Positions 38,589 through 48,593 of a stretch of 64,000 nucleotides of DNA are shown here, in pieces. Every line of letters begins with the position of its first letter. Positions within the stretch are counted from its first letter, which is position 1. The position numbers and the translations under genes were made by a program. The notes beneath the pieces are model-generated. The model did not search any database, was not told the origin of the DNA, and saw only the letters and a program-made list of their open reading frames with translations. The stretch is from the NCBI GenBank assembly GCA_040905565.1, contig JBBDRF010000071.1, positions 18,968 to 82,967 of the forward strand, in the 5' to 3' direction. Origin of the DNA: Phycisphaeraceae bacterium (lineage in GTDB: Bacteria > Planctomycetota > Phycisphaerae > Phycisphaerales > Zrk34).

Positions 38589-41500
38589 TTATTCGGTGAG
38601 TGTCGTGAGGTACTCGACCAGGTCGACCAGTTCCTGTGCGGTCATCTGGCTTTGCAGGTTCGTGGGCATGAGTGACTGGTCCAGGGTCGTGCGTTCGACG
38701 ACGTTCGCCTTTTGAACCTCCGTGGCGATGCCGCCCATCTGCACGACGGTAAGGGCGTCGTCGGTTTCGCTTGTGAGGTAGCCCATCAGTTGGTTGCCGT
38801 CGCGAAGGTTGATGAGTACGCCGCGATAGTCAAAGCTGATGTTCGCGCTGGGGTCGAGGATGGCGTGGTACATCGTCTCTTTGGCCAGCTTGGTGCCGAT
38901 GCCCGAGAGGTCGGGGCCGAAGGCGATCCCGGCGCCGTTGACCTGGTGACAGGCGATGCAGGTGCGCATGTACACGACCTTGCCGCGCTCGGCGTTGCCG
39001 CTCCGGCTCACCAGTTCAGCGATCGGCGGCAGCGGCTCGGCCTCTGCCGTGCTCGGAAGCGTCAGCCGCTTGCCCGCTTCTTCACGGATGCGTTCATCAC
39101 CTGATGCGTGCAGCACGTTCGCCGCGGAAAATTCCAGCTCGGCCGCGACTGCGTTGGCCTTCACCATCTCCAGCAGGTGCTGTTCACCCTGACGCGTTCG
39201 GCCCAGCGCCTCGATCGCCGCGGCCCGCGTGGCGCGGTCGCCGTCGGCGTCCTTCGCCAGATCTTCCAGCATCGCCAAGGCCTTCAACTCACCGGTCATG
39301 CCAAGCGTCTGCAGAATCGGCGCGGCAACTTCATCGTCACTCAGTCGCTGCTCAATGAGCGTCCGCTGATCCCAATCCAGCAGCAGCCGCGCCGATTGCA
39401 CGCCCATCTGCTGCTGCGGATGGCCGACGAGGATCTCTACGAGCCGATCCGCATGATCGCGGAGGTTGAACTGCTGAATGATCCGCAGCGCGGCGGAAGC
39501 GTCGGCCTGCTCCATCGCCCGCTCCACGCCTTGCTTTACCGTCGGATTCGCTTCGAGATCGACCGACCCGATCTGTCGCAGCGCCAGGGATGTGATCGCA
39601 TCAGCGCGATCGCCGGTTACCGTCAGCAGCGATACCAGAATTGGCCGCCGCGCTTCGGGTTCGTGAAAGTCCAGGGCCCGGAAATAACGCGGCAGCACGT
39701 CGGGCGATGTCGCTGGATCGGCAATCATCTTGCCCAGCAGCGGCAGCGCTCGCGGCGCCCGGCTGCGCCAGACGATTTCGCGCCCTGCGGCGCTGTTCCA
39801 ATCGTCACCAACCTTCGCCAGCCAGGCATCGAAGAAGCGGTTCCACTGACGATCAGCACCGATGCCCAGCGCCTCAAGATAGAAGCTGTCGCCGTGCGTG
39901 TGCTGCATCGCGAGCTGCGCCCACAGATCGGCAGCCTCATCGCCCTCGTGGTGACGCAGGGCAATCAGCGCCTCACGCCGAACCGCCGGTGAAGGATCCT
40001 CCACCGCGCGGCTCACGTAGGGGAGAATGGGAACATCAAGTTGCCGAGCTGCTCGCAGTGCGGTGATGCGGATGTCGGCATCAGCGTCGCCGAGCGCTTC
40101 GTCGATGACCTTCGTGCCGGAGCCTTCGAGCTTGGACAGCAGCCACAGCGCCCGAGCGCGATAGCGAGGGTTGTCGGATTCGTACATCTGCCGCAGGGCG
40201 GGAATCGCGTCGTTGCCCATCTCGTGCAGTGCGGTCCATGCGAGATAGCGGACCGCTTGGGTCGTGCTTTTGAGCGCTTCGGCAGCACCGGCGGCCGTGG
40301 TGAAATCAAAATCCGGCACGGTATAGGGATGCTCCGGCGGTGCGATGCGGAACACGCGCCCCCGCGCCTGATCGCCCTTGGCGTGTCCGCCGACGCCGGG
40401 GTCGTACCAGTCGGCTACGAAGAGCGAGCCATCGGGTGCGGCGCGGACGGCAACAGGGCGGAACCATTTGTCGCGTGCGCCATAGAGCAATGGCGTGATG
40501 CTGCCTTCGTACCCGGCGCCTTGGCGCGTCATCGGGTACGCACGCACGATATTCTTGCCCGGCTCAGCGTGAATCATCTGGTTACGGAACGCCGGCCCGA
40601 GCAGCTCGCCTTCGTAGAACGTGATGCCCGAAGGTGAACCCGCGCCGGTGTCGAGCACGTTGGGCACCACGCCGGGGTCGCCGTGATGCCAGTGGGCGAG
40701 AGAGGTGTTGGGGTGGCGATTGATGCGGTCGGTGTTCCAACCCGCGCCGGTGCGTTCGTCGGTGTAGCCGTAGTTGCCGAACTCCATGACGAAGTTAACG
40801 CGGGAGCCGCGATTGCCGTCGTCGTCGTTGTCCGACTGCCAGACCGTGCCGAACGAATCGACGGTCAGCTCGTAGGGATTGCGGAAGTTGTGGCCGAGCA
40901 CCTCGAACTCCGACCCGTCGAGATTGCAGCGAAAGGCCATGCCCTTGCGATACGGCTGGCCGTTGTTGCGCACCTCGTTGCCGGCGAGATCGACGACAAT
41001 GTTGCCCTCAGCGTCGTGCACCTGCCCACCGGTATCGCCGAAGTTCCAGTAGAGCTTGCCGTCCGGCCCGAACGTGAACCTGTGGGCTGAGTGGTCATGC
41101 TGCGGGATGCCGGTGTTGGTGAACAGGACCTCCTTGCGGTCGGCGATGTCGTCACCGTCGTCGTCATGGAGGATGAAAACATCTGGCGAGCATGAGACGA
41201 TGACCTTGTTGCCCAGCACGGTGATGCCCAGCAGCGAGTCGATGTCGTTGCCCTGGTAGAACGTGGTGACTTTGTCGGCTACGCCGTCGCCGGTGGTGTC
41301 TTCGACGATGAGGATGCGGTCGCCTTCGGGGCGTGTGCCCTGATGGCCGCGGTAGTTTTGTACGTCGGCGAGCCAGACGCGGCCGCGGTGGTCGATGTCG
41401 ATCTGCGTCGGACTGGTGATCATCGGCTCGGAGGCAAAGAGCGTGACGTCCAGATGCTCAGCGACATCGAGTTGCCGCACCGCATTCTGAGGATCGCGCC

Positions 41501-42113
41501 CCTCATGTGCCGTACCCGCCCACTCTTCGTCGGTGATCACCTGGAATCGCACCGTCGCGCCGCCGCCTTGCGTCGTGCCCCCATCATCCAGCCCCGCACG
41601 CGCGATGAATTCCACGAAGTCATGGTTGGCCGGAAGCTCGTAGACGATCACGGAGTTCGCGTGGGTGCCGATGCCTTCTACCTCTTCTCCGTTGACACGA
41701 AGGGCCCCGCCGTTGGCGTTGGCGTTGAGCCGCACCTGCCCCCAGCCGGCCGAAGCACGGGCCCATTCCATATCGGCCAGCTGGGTGACTTCTCCCCGGG
41801 CGTCGATCAAACGCGGCTCGATCCAGTTCGCCCAGTCGGCCATGAAGCCGTCGTCGGCATCGTCCACGATCAGCACGAGCTGCTTAGCACCTGTTACGTC
41901 CAGTTGAATGTCGATCGCGTGACCGGGAGTGTCCCGGGAGACGATGGGGCTTTGAAACAGCGGTCCATCATCAACCTCCGCGGGCTGCCCGGCCGGTCGC
42001 ATCGACACCGGCGGAGCCGTCTCGTCGTCCAGCTGCAACCCGCCCGAAACACTGCCCGCCGCCAGCAGAGATGTCGAGACGACTAATAAAGCGATCAAGC
42101 GCATTCGGATCAT
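38589..42113 (-). CDS. PVC-type heme-binding CxxCH protein (NPCBM-like domain, beta-propeller, HEAT repeats, cytochrome c)
   Basis: GIGTHANS, HNFRNPYE, VADWYDPGVGGH and CIACH...GPDLS motifs. Confidence 0.9.
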   Translation of the reverse strand: MIRMRLIALLVVSTSLLAAGSVSGGLQLDDETAPPVSMRPAGQPAEVDDGPLFQSPIVSRDTPGHAIDIQLDVTGAKQLVLIVDDADDGFMADWANWIEPRLIDARGEVTQLADMEWARASAGWGQVRLNANANGGALRVNGEEVEGIGTHANSVIVYELPANHDFVEFIARAGLDDGGTTQGGGATVRFQVITDEEWAGTAHEGRDPQNAVRQLDVAEHLDVTLFASEPMITSPTQIDIDHRGRVWLADVQNYRGHQGTRPEGDRILIVEDTTGDGVADKVTTFYQGNDIDSLLGITVLGNKVIVSCSPDVFILHDDDGDDIADRKEVLFTNTGIPQHDHSAHRFTFGPDGKLYWNFGDTGGQVHDAEGNIVVDLAGNEVRNNGQPYRKGMAFRCNLDGSEFEVLGHNFRNPYELTVDSFGTVWQSDNDDDGNRGSRVNFVMEFGNYGYTDERTGAGWNTDRINRHPNTSLAHWHHGDPGVVPNVLDTGAGSPSGITFYEGELLGPAFRNQMIHAEPGKNIVRAYPMTRQGAGYEGSITPLLYGARDKWFRPVAVRAAPDGSLFVADWYDPGVGGHAKGDQARGRVFRIAPPEHPYTVPDFDFTTAAGAAEALKSTTQAVRYLAWTALHEMGNDAIPALRQMYESDNPRYRARALWLLSKLEGSGTKVIDEALGDADADIRITALRAARQLDVPILPYVSRAVEDPSPAVRREALIALRHHEGDEAADLWAQLAMQHTHGDSFYLEALGIGADRQWNRFFDAWLAKVGDDWNSAAGREIVWRSRAPRALPLLGKMIADPATSPDVLPRYFRALDFHEPEARRPILVSLLTVTGDRADAITSLALRQIGSVDLEANPTVKQGVERAMEQADASAALRIIQQFNLRDHADRLVEILVGHPQQQMGVQSARLLLDWDQRTLIEQRLSDDEVAAPILQTLGMTGELKALAMLEDLAKDADGDRATRAAAIEALGRTRQGEQHLLEMVKANAVAAELEFSAANVLHASGDERIREEAGKRLTLPSTAEAEPLPPIAELVSRSGNAERGKVVYMRTCIACHQVNGAGIAFGPDLSGIGTKLAKETMYHAILDPSANISFDYRGVLINLRDGNQLMGYLTSETDDALTVVQMGGIATEVQKANVVERTTLDQSLMPTNLQSQMTAQELVDLVEYLTTLTE

Positions 42114-42197
42114 CGGAAACTCCTGAAGTCGGGCATAATCTAGCAAGTGAATGGAAGCTGGCGAGCGGGGTCGTTGTGCGGATCGTGCTGAGAACAA

Positions 42198-43607
42198 TCA
42201 GCGCCGTTCCAGTTGTGATTCAACCGTGCTGACGGTGCTGCGGTGTTCGTCGGCGAGGGTCTGGATCGCTTTGAGCACATCGCGATGGTCCTCCGCCTGA
42301 TCGAAGCGTTCGGGAACGTCACGGCCGAGGTGGTAGAGTTTCGGCGGGGTGTGCTCCTGCCGTGCGGCACCACCCTGGTAGGCACCTTGTGTCACAAAAT
42401 GCGCCTTCCATGGCCCCTTGCGGACGGCGTAAAGCTGCGTGCCGCGATAGTAGAACATCTCGTCGCGCGGGTGCTCACCTGTGCCGAGGAGCGTGGGCGA
42501 GAGGTCGTAGCCGTCAAATACGCGATCCTCGGGCATCTCGGCCCCGGCGAGCGCCAAGGCGGTGCTGAAGAGGTCAAGCGTCGAGCCGATGTCGCGGACG
42601 ACGGCGGGTTCGATTCGCCCGGGCCACCAGAAAATTCCAGGTACACGCATACCGCCTTCCCACGTGGTGCCCTTGCCGGCGCGGAGCAGCCCGGCCGAGC
42701 CGCCGTGCTCGCGGTAGGGCAGCCACGGTCCGTTATCGCTGGTGAAGACGACGAGCGTATTCTCCGCAAGCCCCAGCCGCTCAAGCGTCTCGCGAATCTG
42801 CCCGACGGACCAATCGATCTCCTCGATCACGTCACCATATAGCCCGGCTTCGGATCGGCCTTGGAATTCGTCGCCGGCGAACAACGGCACATGCGGGAAC
42901 GTCTGCGGATAGTAGATAAAGAACGGTTGATCCTGATAAGCCTCTATTTTACGGACGACTTCCTCCGTGTAGCGGCGTGTGAGCGTTGTCTGGTCCGCAG
43001 GACGCTCCACGATCTCAGTGTCCCGCAGCAGCGGCACGTTGAAGTATTCGACTTCGGGCTCGGGATAGTTCGACTGGAAGCCCCCGATGCCGGAGACGTT
43101 GTCCATGTCGTTGGAATAGGGGATGCCGAAGTAGGAATCGAACCCGTGGCTGGTGGGCAGGAATTCTTCGAGATGCCCCAGGTGCCATTTGCCGACGCAG
43201 GCGGTCGCGTAGCCGACTTCTTTCAGGGCGCGGGCGATGGTGATTTCGCTTTGCGGCAGGCCGCCCTTGGAATCGGGAAACAGCACGCGGCGGCGGTCGC
43301 TGGCCATCCCGCTCCGGACGGGTAGCCGACCGGTGAGCAGGCCGGCACGCGACGGCGTGCAGACGGAAGCGGCGGAATAGAAGCTCGTCCAGCGCTGACC
43401 CTCGGCGGCCATGCGATCCAGATGAGGCGTGTCGATGGTCGGGTGTCCGTAACTGCCGAGGTCGCCGTAGCCCATGTCGTCGGTGAAGATGATGATGATG
43501 TTCGGCGGCCGGTCGTCCGCTGCGGACGCGGGTGTCGTCGGCACAAGCACGAGCATTAACGCTATGGCGATCGCTGCGCTGCAAAGCAAATGTTGTCGCT
43601 TAAGCAT
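42198..43607 (-). CDS. Secreted arylsulfatase-family sulfatase
   Basis: DDMGYGD, CTPSRAGLLTG, GKWHLG and FTSDNGP motifs. Confidence 0.95.
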   Translation of the reverse strand: MLKRQHLLCSAAIAIALMLVLVPTTPASAADDRPPNIIIIFTDDMGYGDLGSYGHPTIDTPHLDRMAAEGQRWTSFYSAASVCTPSRAGLLTGRLPVRSGMASDRRRVLFPDSKGGLPQSEITIARALKEVGYATACVGKWHLGHLEEFLPTSHGFDSYFGIPYSNDMDNVSGIGGFQSNYPEPEVEYFNVPLLRDTEIVERPADQTTLTRRYTEEVVRKIEAYQDQPFFIYYPQTFPHVPLFAGDEFQGRSEAGLYGDVIEEIDWSVGQIRETLERLGLAENTLVVFTSDNGPWLPYREHGGSAGLLRAGKGTTWEGGMRVPGIFWWPGRIEPAVVRDIGSTLDLFSTALALAGAEMPEDRVFDGYDLSPTLLGTGEHPRDEMFYYRGTQLYAVRKGPWKAHFVTQGAYQGGAARQEHTPPKLYHLGRDVPERFDQAEDHRDVLKAIQTLADEHRSTVSTVESQLERR

Positions 43608-43734
43608 AAGAAACCCCTGTTGGATTGGGTGGGCGAAATCGTGTGAGCGACCATGATGGTACGTGAAGCGACGTAGCAAAGGAATGAAAAAAGCAAGGAA
43701 ACCTGCGGTACGAAACCCGCATCATGGCTGAGTT

Positions 43735-44205
43735 TTATGGATCCGTCTCGTCATCCGCGTGCGAAGTTCGTCGGTCCAGTTCGTCGAGGAGTTTCATCGC
43801 CTTCTCGACATCGTTGGTGCCTTTGATCTCGATCTCTTTATCGCCCATCTTCAGCCTGACCGACCGGCTGGACATGTTCTTCATCCATTGGAGCAGGAGG
43901 TCTTTGCCGAACTTGAAGAAAATCAAAGCACCGCCCGAGGCTGAGAAGGTTACCGCCAGAGTGGTGACCACATCTTGAGTGATACCGCCGTCGTAATGTT
44001 TCGCGTTGCCTCGGTAGGAAGAGATGTCCGTTTTAACCTTGCCCGAATTTCTCGCAGCATGTTCTTCCAGCAACGTTCGAATCTCGCAACTGCCTATCGG
44101 GTCCGCATCTTCGCGGGTCGATGACGAAGTGAGTTCGCCGGTGCGCCGCTCGTACCCATAATGATCGCGCTGGATTTCTTTCAAGGTGAACGTGATGTCG
44201 CTCAT
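43735..44205 (-). CDS. Hypothetical protein with one hydrophobic segment
   Basis: 156-aa ORF, GGAGG upstream, lower GC than its neighbours. Confidence 0.6.
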   Translation of the reverse strand: MSDITFTLKEIQRDHYGYERRTGELTSSSTREDADPIGSCEIRTLLEEHAARNSGKVKTDISSYRGNAKHYDGGITQDVVTTLAVTFSASGGALIFFKFGKDLLLQWMKNMSSRSVRLKMGDKEIEIKGTNDVEKAMKLLDELDRRTSHADDETDP

Positions 44206-44390
44206 GCCGCGTTACCCTCCAAGCGGAATGTCTGGTGATCGCAGGGGCTGTGCCAGATAATTATATCTGCATAAGTCCCCAGGCCACGCGACACCCAACT
44301 CGGTTCGATCGCGGCGGGATGACGAACACAAATGAAACCAGCATCACCCCCCCGCACCCAAACCCGCACCGCAGACCGATGAAACAAGAC

Positions 44391-44425
44391 GTGGGGCTCG
44401 AACCCATGACCCGCGGCTTAAAAGT
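44391..44425 (-). other. 3'-half fragment of a tRNA-Lys(TTT)-like sequence (att-like remnant)
   Basis: Minus strand reads ACTTTTAAGCCGCGGGTCATGGGTTCGAGCCCCAC: anticodon loop, variable region and T-arm, with no D-arm or acceptor stem. Confidence 0.6.
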
Positions 44426-44759
44426 TCAAAACTCGCATTAGCCTGAACGCGTAACCCACGATAGACGCGCGGCTTCGGGATTGCAAACATTGTAGAGATG
44501 GCGCGGTTTTTCGCCCAATTTCACCCGTTTGCGCGGTGTACACCGCGCCAATTAGCTCGCAAGCTGGTACGTTTAAGCGGTGCGTCGGATCAAGGTAATC
44601 GCAGCGACGTTCAAGACGGAACAGGGGTAAAGTAATGCTGAAGTGGATTATTGGTTTCGTAGCCGTATTTTTGGAGCGGGGCGTCACTCTTCCGATCCTT
44701 GCAATGCCACGTCGCCGGGAGAGCCATTTGGACCTAAGCATGGCTCGCAAGGACGTACT

Positions 44760-45335
44760 ATGGCTGCGGAGTCCATCATGACATTGGCAACTGTACTCTA
44801 CAGCTACAGCTACCTTTCTCTGTTCGTGTACGGGCTGACGGGGCCGCTGTTGGCCTGGTTCCTGCCCCAGAGCATCCGCCGCGGGACGCGCGTGGCGATT
44901 GTGCTGGTCGGTCAGGTAGCGGCGGCAGGAGCGGCGATTGGCATGGGCGTGACGGGTTTTGACCGGTTCATGACGCACGTCGCGATGGAGATGCGATACG
45001 TTCTCTTCGATGATCCGACCCGGTCGGAGATGGCACCCTCTTATGTTCTTAGGGTAGTTATAGTAAACGCGAGTATTTTCGCCGCTCCACTCTTGTGCGG
45101 CTTACTACGAACGGTGGCCCCGAAAGCTTCGAGACGCTTCTGGCACTGGCTGCCGCTGGTCCTGGTGGCGATGTATCTCGGATTTGCAGCCGAGACTCAC
45201 ATCGAGGCGTTCATTGCGGGTGAGTGGCCCCCGTTTTACCCGGGAGCGATGTTGATCGTCGCGATTTGCTTCTGGGCGATCTGGCTCACGATGCGGCATG
45301 AGTCGGCGTACCCTCTTGGAGGGCGGCCTACGTGA
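44760..45335 (+). CDS. Hypothetical membrane protein
   Basis: About five hydrophobic segments; AAGGA upstream of ATG 44760. Confidence 0.6.
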   Translation: MAAESIMTLATVLYSYSYLSLFVYGLTGPLLAWFLPQSIRRGTRVAIVLVGQVAAAGAAIGMGVTGFDRFMTHVAMEMRYVLFDDPTRSEMAPSYVLRVVIVNASIFAAPLLCGLLRTVAPKASRRFWHWLPLVLVAMYLGFAAETHIEAFIAGEWPPFYPGAMLIVAICFWAIWLTMRHESAYPLGGRPT

Positions 45336-45432
45336 TGACGGCAGTCCCGCAAGCGGACCGAGCTTGCCGACGCCTAATCCAACCGCACTCATCCGGGAAC
45401 TTCGGATCGTAGCCGTGTTGATCCGCCGGGGA

Positions 45433-47949
45433 TTATTGGTCGGCGTTGGGGCTCAGGCCGTACTCACGCATGAGGTTTTCGAAGAACTTGGTTCGGCGAG
45501 GATCGACCCGGGGTTCGAGGTCAGCGTGGAGGGATCGCAATTCGGGGGATCGCTCGGCGGATTCGATGTGTTCGATCAGCTCGTCGACGCGCGGCGCGGC
45601 CCCGGCGCGATTGCCGGAGCCGTCGATCAGGTCCTGCCGCAACTGCCGGAGGGCGGGGATCAGCGGTTTGGCCGACCCCTCGTAGCGTTCGAGATAGCTC
45701 ATGCTGCGATTGAAGCGATTGCCGAACCCCCAGCGATCGGGCTCGATGATCTCGATGCACAGGGGCATGGCTTCGCGGACGTGATTTTGCGTGAGCAGGT
45801 CGAGCCCGGCGAGGCGGATGCCATCGGCAAACATGACGCCGCTGGGCGCGAGGTTTTCGATGGCGTCGAGGATGGCCGGGAGGATCGGCCGGAGCTGCTG
45901 GTAGTCCAGGTGGCGATAGACGTTGCCGACGACGCCTCGGGCGCGGCCGTCGGGATTGGTCAAAGCCGCGGCGACGGTGCTCAAGAGTGCTTCGCGGTCG
46001 ACCTGTCCCAAGTCGTTGGCGAGCATGCCGCCGCGGTTGAAAAGCGCGAAGCTGAGGTAGCGCTGGAGCATGCGTCGCGGATCGTTTTCATCGACCTCGG
46101 CGGCGGCGCTCAGGATCGCCGGCAGCGCTGACCGGGCCGGTGGGCCGATCGCCGCCAGGGCACGACTGGCTTGGACCTTGAGCCAAAGATCGTCCTCTTC
46201 GAGCATGGCGGTGAGTGCCGGGACGGCGTCGGCGGACTTTCGGCCCAAAGCCGCCAGCGCCTCACATGCGCCGTAGCGGGTGTGAAGATCGTGAGTCGGC
46301 TTGAGCATTGCCAAAAGCTGCGCGATGACCTGATCGTCGGCCTTCTGCGCCAGTGCCTGACTCGCCCACCGGCGAACACTCGGCGACCAACTGGCCAGAT
46401 TCTCGATCAATTGCTCGGCCGACCGCTGGTCGTAAAACGACCGACCTTCATCACGCGCGGCGAAGCCTCGGCCGGCCTCGATAGTCCGCTCGAGCCGCTC
46501 GCCGGTCAGGGCGTTGTCGGTATCGGTCCCGCGGCCCGTCATGTGCAGCCGCGAGTTCATGGGCAGCATGTAGGTCATCAGATACGCACCGGTGACGTCC
46601 CAATTCCCGTAACTCCCGGGGCCCTGGTAGACGAAGCTGCCGTCCCAACGCCGGGCCAAATCGTAATACCAGCGCTGGGGTTTGAGGAACGCGGCCACGG
46701 CCTCGGGCCCAACCGTACGCACGCCGAGTGGGCTCCAGAGGTGGCTGAAATAGGTGCCGGTGTGGCCCAGCTCCTGCTCGTTGTAGGAGGCGGTGGTCAT
46801 GCGTGCGAAGTAACGGGTAGGCTCGGCCTGGCCTTGAGCGCTGAAGATCAGAGCCGCCAGTGCGTTCTTGCCGTTGTTGTTGTGGTTTTTCCACGGCTCG
46901 TGGTCGCCGTAGGGAATCGAGCCCTTCCCGACGTAGAAGCGGAAGAATTCATTAGCGCGATCGACGGCCCGGTCGACGTGCTGGTTCTCAACCCCGCAGA
47001 GCTGCGCCAGCACCAGGCCGTAGTGAACGGTCAGCCCCGCCGAGTTCAACGCGCCGTATCCGCCGAGCCGACCGTGCAGTTCGCCATCGTTTTCATCGGG
47101 ATAGGCGAAGGCGTGGCCCCATGTGCCGAAAGCGCTCTGGCCCTTGGCGCTGACCTCGGCGAAGGCTTCGATCGCCGGCAGCACCGCCTCGTCGCCGGTG
47201 GCGAGGTGATACTCCGCCAGGGCGACCAGCGCGTGGCTCCAGTGCCAACTGGGGAAGGCGCCGTCGCCGGGCCCGCCGGCCCCGCGACGAACCAGGCGCA
47301 GCTCCAGGTCCGGCGGACCAAGCTGCCGAAAATACGCACGCACCTGTTCCGCGTCATCCTCCCGGTCGCCCTGGAGCAGCGCCAGTGCATTGATCCGGCC
47401 CGGGATGTTATTGCTCAAGTTGCCTGAGAGATGATCGAGCCCGGCCTCAACGATCCGCCTCGACTTCGGGCAGTCCCAAGGCGACCGGTCGGTGTAGGTG
47501 CCCATCACCGCCAACGCCAGCGTCACCTCCCGATGCGCTCCGTCACGCCAGATCATCAACGGGAGTCGGCCCTGGTTGACCTCTCGCTCAGCCTGCGTGA
47601 TCGCCTCGCCAAAAGCGATCCGTGCGTCACGCTCAAACGCACGACCATCCACGCCAAGAATCACATCGCCGACCTTGATCACCCCGTCTGCCGGCGAACC
47701 CGAATCCACCTGCGTCACCAGAATCTGCCGTGCGTGGTGCGTATGAATCCCGTCCGCACCCCGCGCCCCGTCGTTCCACATCCAACCCCGCATGCCGGTC
47801 GGCCCGAGGTTCCAGTCCGGCCCGTCCCCGCGCTCACCCCCAGCCGTGAGATCAACAACTTCCTGCTCTGCCCACGCCGATCTTGCACCCACGCCCCACG
47901 ACACGCCACAAACCAGCAGTATCAGCAGAAGACGAGACGAAACCCACAT
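45433..47949 (-). CDS. DUF6288-like secreted protein (PDZ-like domain, alpha/alpha region, HEAT repeats)
   Basis: DWNLGPTGMRGW, SPADGVIKVGDVILGVDG, YGDHEPW..HNNNGK and GHTG motifs. Start uncertain. Confidence 0.75.
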   Translation of the reverse strand: MWVSSRLLLILLVCGVSWGVGARSAWAEQEVVDLTAGGERGDGPDWNLGPTGMRGWMWNDGARGADGIHTHHARQILVTQVDSGSPADGVIKVGDVILGVDGRAFERDARIAFGEAITQAEREVNQGRLPLMIWRDGAHREVTLALAVMGTYTDRSPWDCPKSRRIVEAGLDHLSGNLSNNIPGRINALALLQGDREDDAEQVRAYFRQLGPPDLELRLVRRGAGGPGDGAFPSWHWSHALVALAEYHLATGDEAVLPAIEAFAEVSAKGQSAFGTWGHAFAYPDENDGELHGRLGGYGALNSAGLTVHYGLVLAQLCGVENQHVDRAVDRANEFFRFYVGKGSIPYGDHEPWKNHNNNGKNALAALIFSAQGQAEPTRYFARMTTASYNEQELGHTGTYFSHLWSPLGVRTVGPEAVAAFLKPQRWYYDLARRWDGSFVYQGPGSYGNWDVTGAYLMTYMLPMNSRLHMTGRGTDTDNALTGERLERTIEAGRGFAARDEGRSFYDQRSAEQLIENLASWSPSVRRWASQALAQKADDQVIAQLLAMLKPTHDLHTRYGACEALAALGRKSADAVPALTAMLEEDDLWLKVQASRALAAIGPPARSALPAILSAAAEVDENDPRRMLQRYLSFALFNRGGMLANDLGQVDREALLSTVAAALTNPDGRARGVVGNVYRHLDYQQLRPILPAILDAIENLAPSGVMFADGIRLAGLDLLTQNHVREAMPLCIEIIEPDRWGFGNRFNRSMSYLERYEGSAKPLIPALRQLRQDLIDGSGNRAGAAPRVDELIEHIESAERSPELRSLHADLEPRVDPRRTKFFENLMREYGLSPNADQ

Positions 47950-48176
47950 CCACCGTCGAAAACGAATTGGTACCATTTTGATGCTTCCTCGGGCAGGTAG
48001 AGAAGACAGACGAGTCGAGGAGGGAACCGCAGCCATCCGGATCAGGATCGGCCGGCCGGACCTGACCATCGTACCCTACCAGCCAGATCCACACTATCGT
48101 CCCTCCTTACACGCTCGACACATAGTGAGGGTACGGATGAATCGAAGCCGAAGTACGTACGGATCAGCCCATATTG

Positions 48177-48209
48177 CAAGAGGCTGACGTCTGTGACGTC
48201 AGCCTCTTG
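48177..48209. terminator. Perfect 15-bp hairpin
   Basis: CAAGAGGCTGACGTC-TGT-GACGTCAGCCTCTTG, downstream of the minus-strand lipoprotein gene. Confidence 0.65.
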
Positions 48210-48307
48210 TCGTTCATTGAATCTATGGTGCTCTGCCGGTGCGACGGAGCGGCGTTCTTCAGTTGGTGAATCCGCGCTAGCGTCCAGAGGCTAACGGCCG
48301 ACGCCTG

Positions 48308-48529
48308 TCACTCCAGGTTCGAAAGTTCCTGTTCGTCGGCGCTGAGCTGACGTTCCAGTGCATCTAATTCCTCATCGAGATTCTCTTCGTCGATCGTCTC
48401 GCGAGCCTCGGCATCGTAGTCCACCTCTGGCGCTTCAGGGGTGGGCTGTGTCGGCTCCTGATCGTTACATCCCGCCGCCAAGCTCAGTGCCAGTACGAGT
48501 GCACATAGGCCAAATATCGAACGTATCAT
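48308..48529 (-). CDS. Small acidic lipoprotein
   Basis: Lipobox LAAGC; AAGGA ribosome-binding site. Confidence 0.75.
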   Translation of the reverse strand: MIRSIFGLCALVLALSLAAGCNDQEPTQPTPEAPEVDYDAEARETIDEENLDEELDALERQLSADEQELSNLE

Positions 48530-48593
48530 GATGAGATTCCTTGCTTTTATCCGTTCAGGTCAAACGGCTGCGTAAGCGCTAAACAGTTCTGTC

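Noticed and set aside
44380..44460. Functional tRNA gene
   Set aside because: No D-arm, no paired anticodon stem and no acceptor stem.
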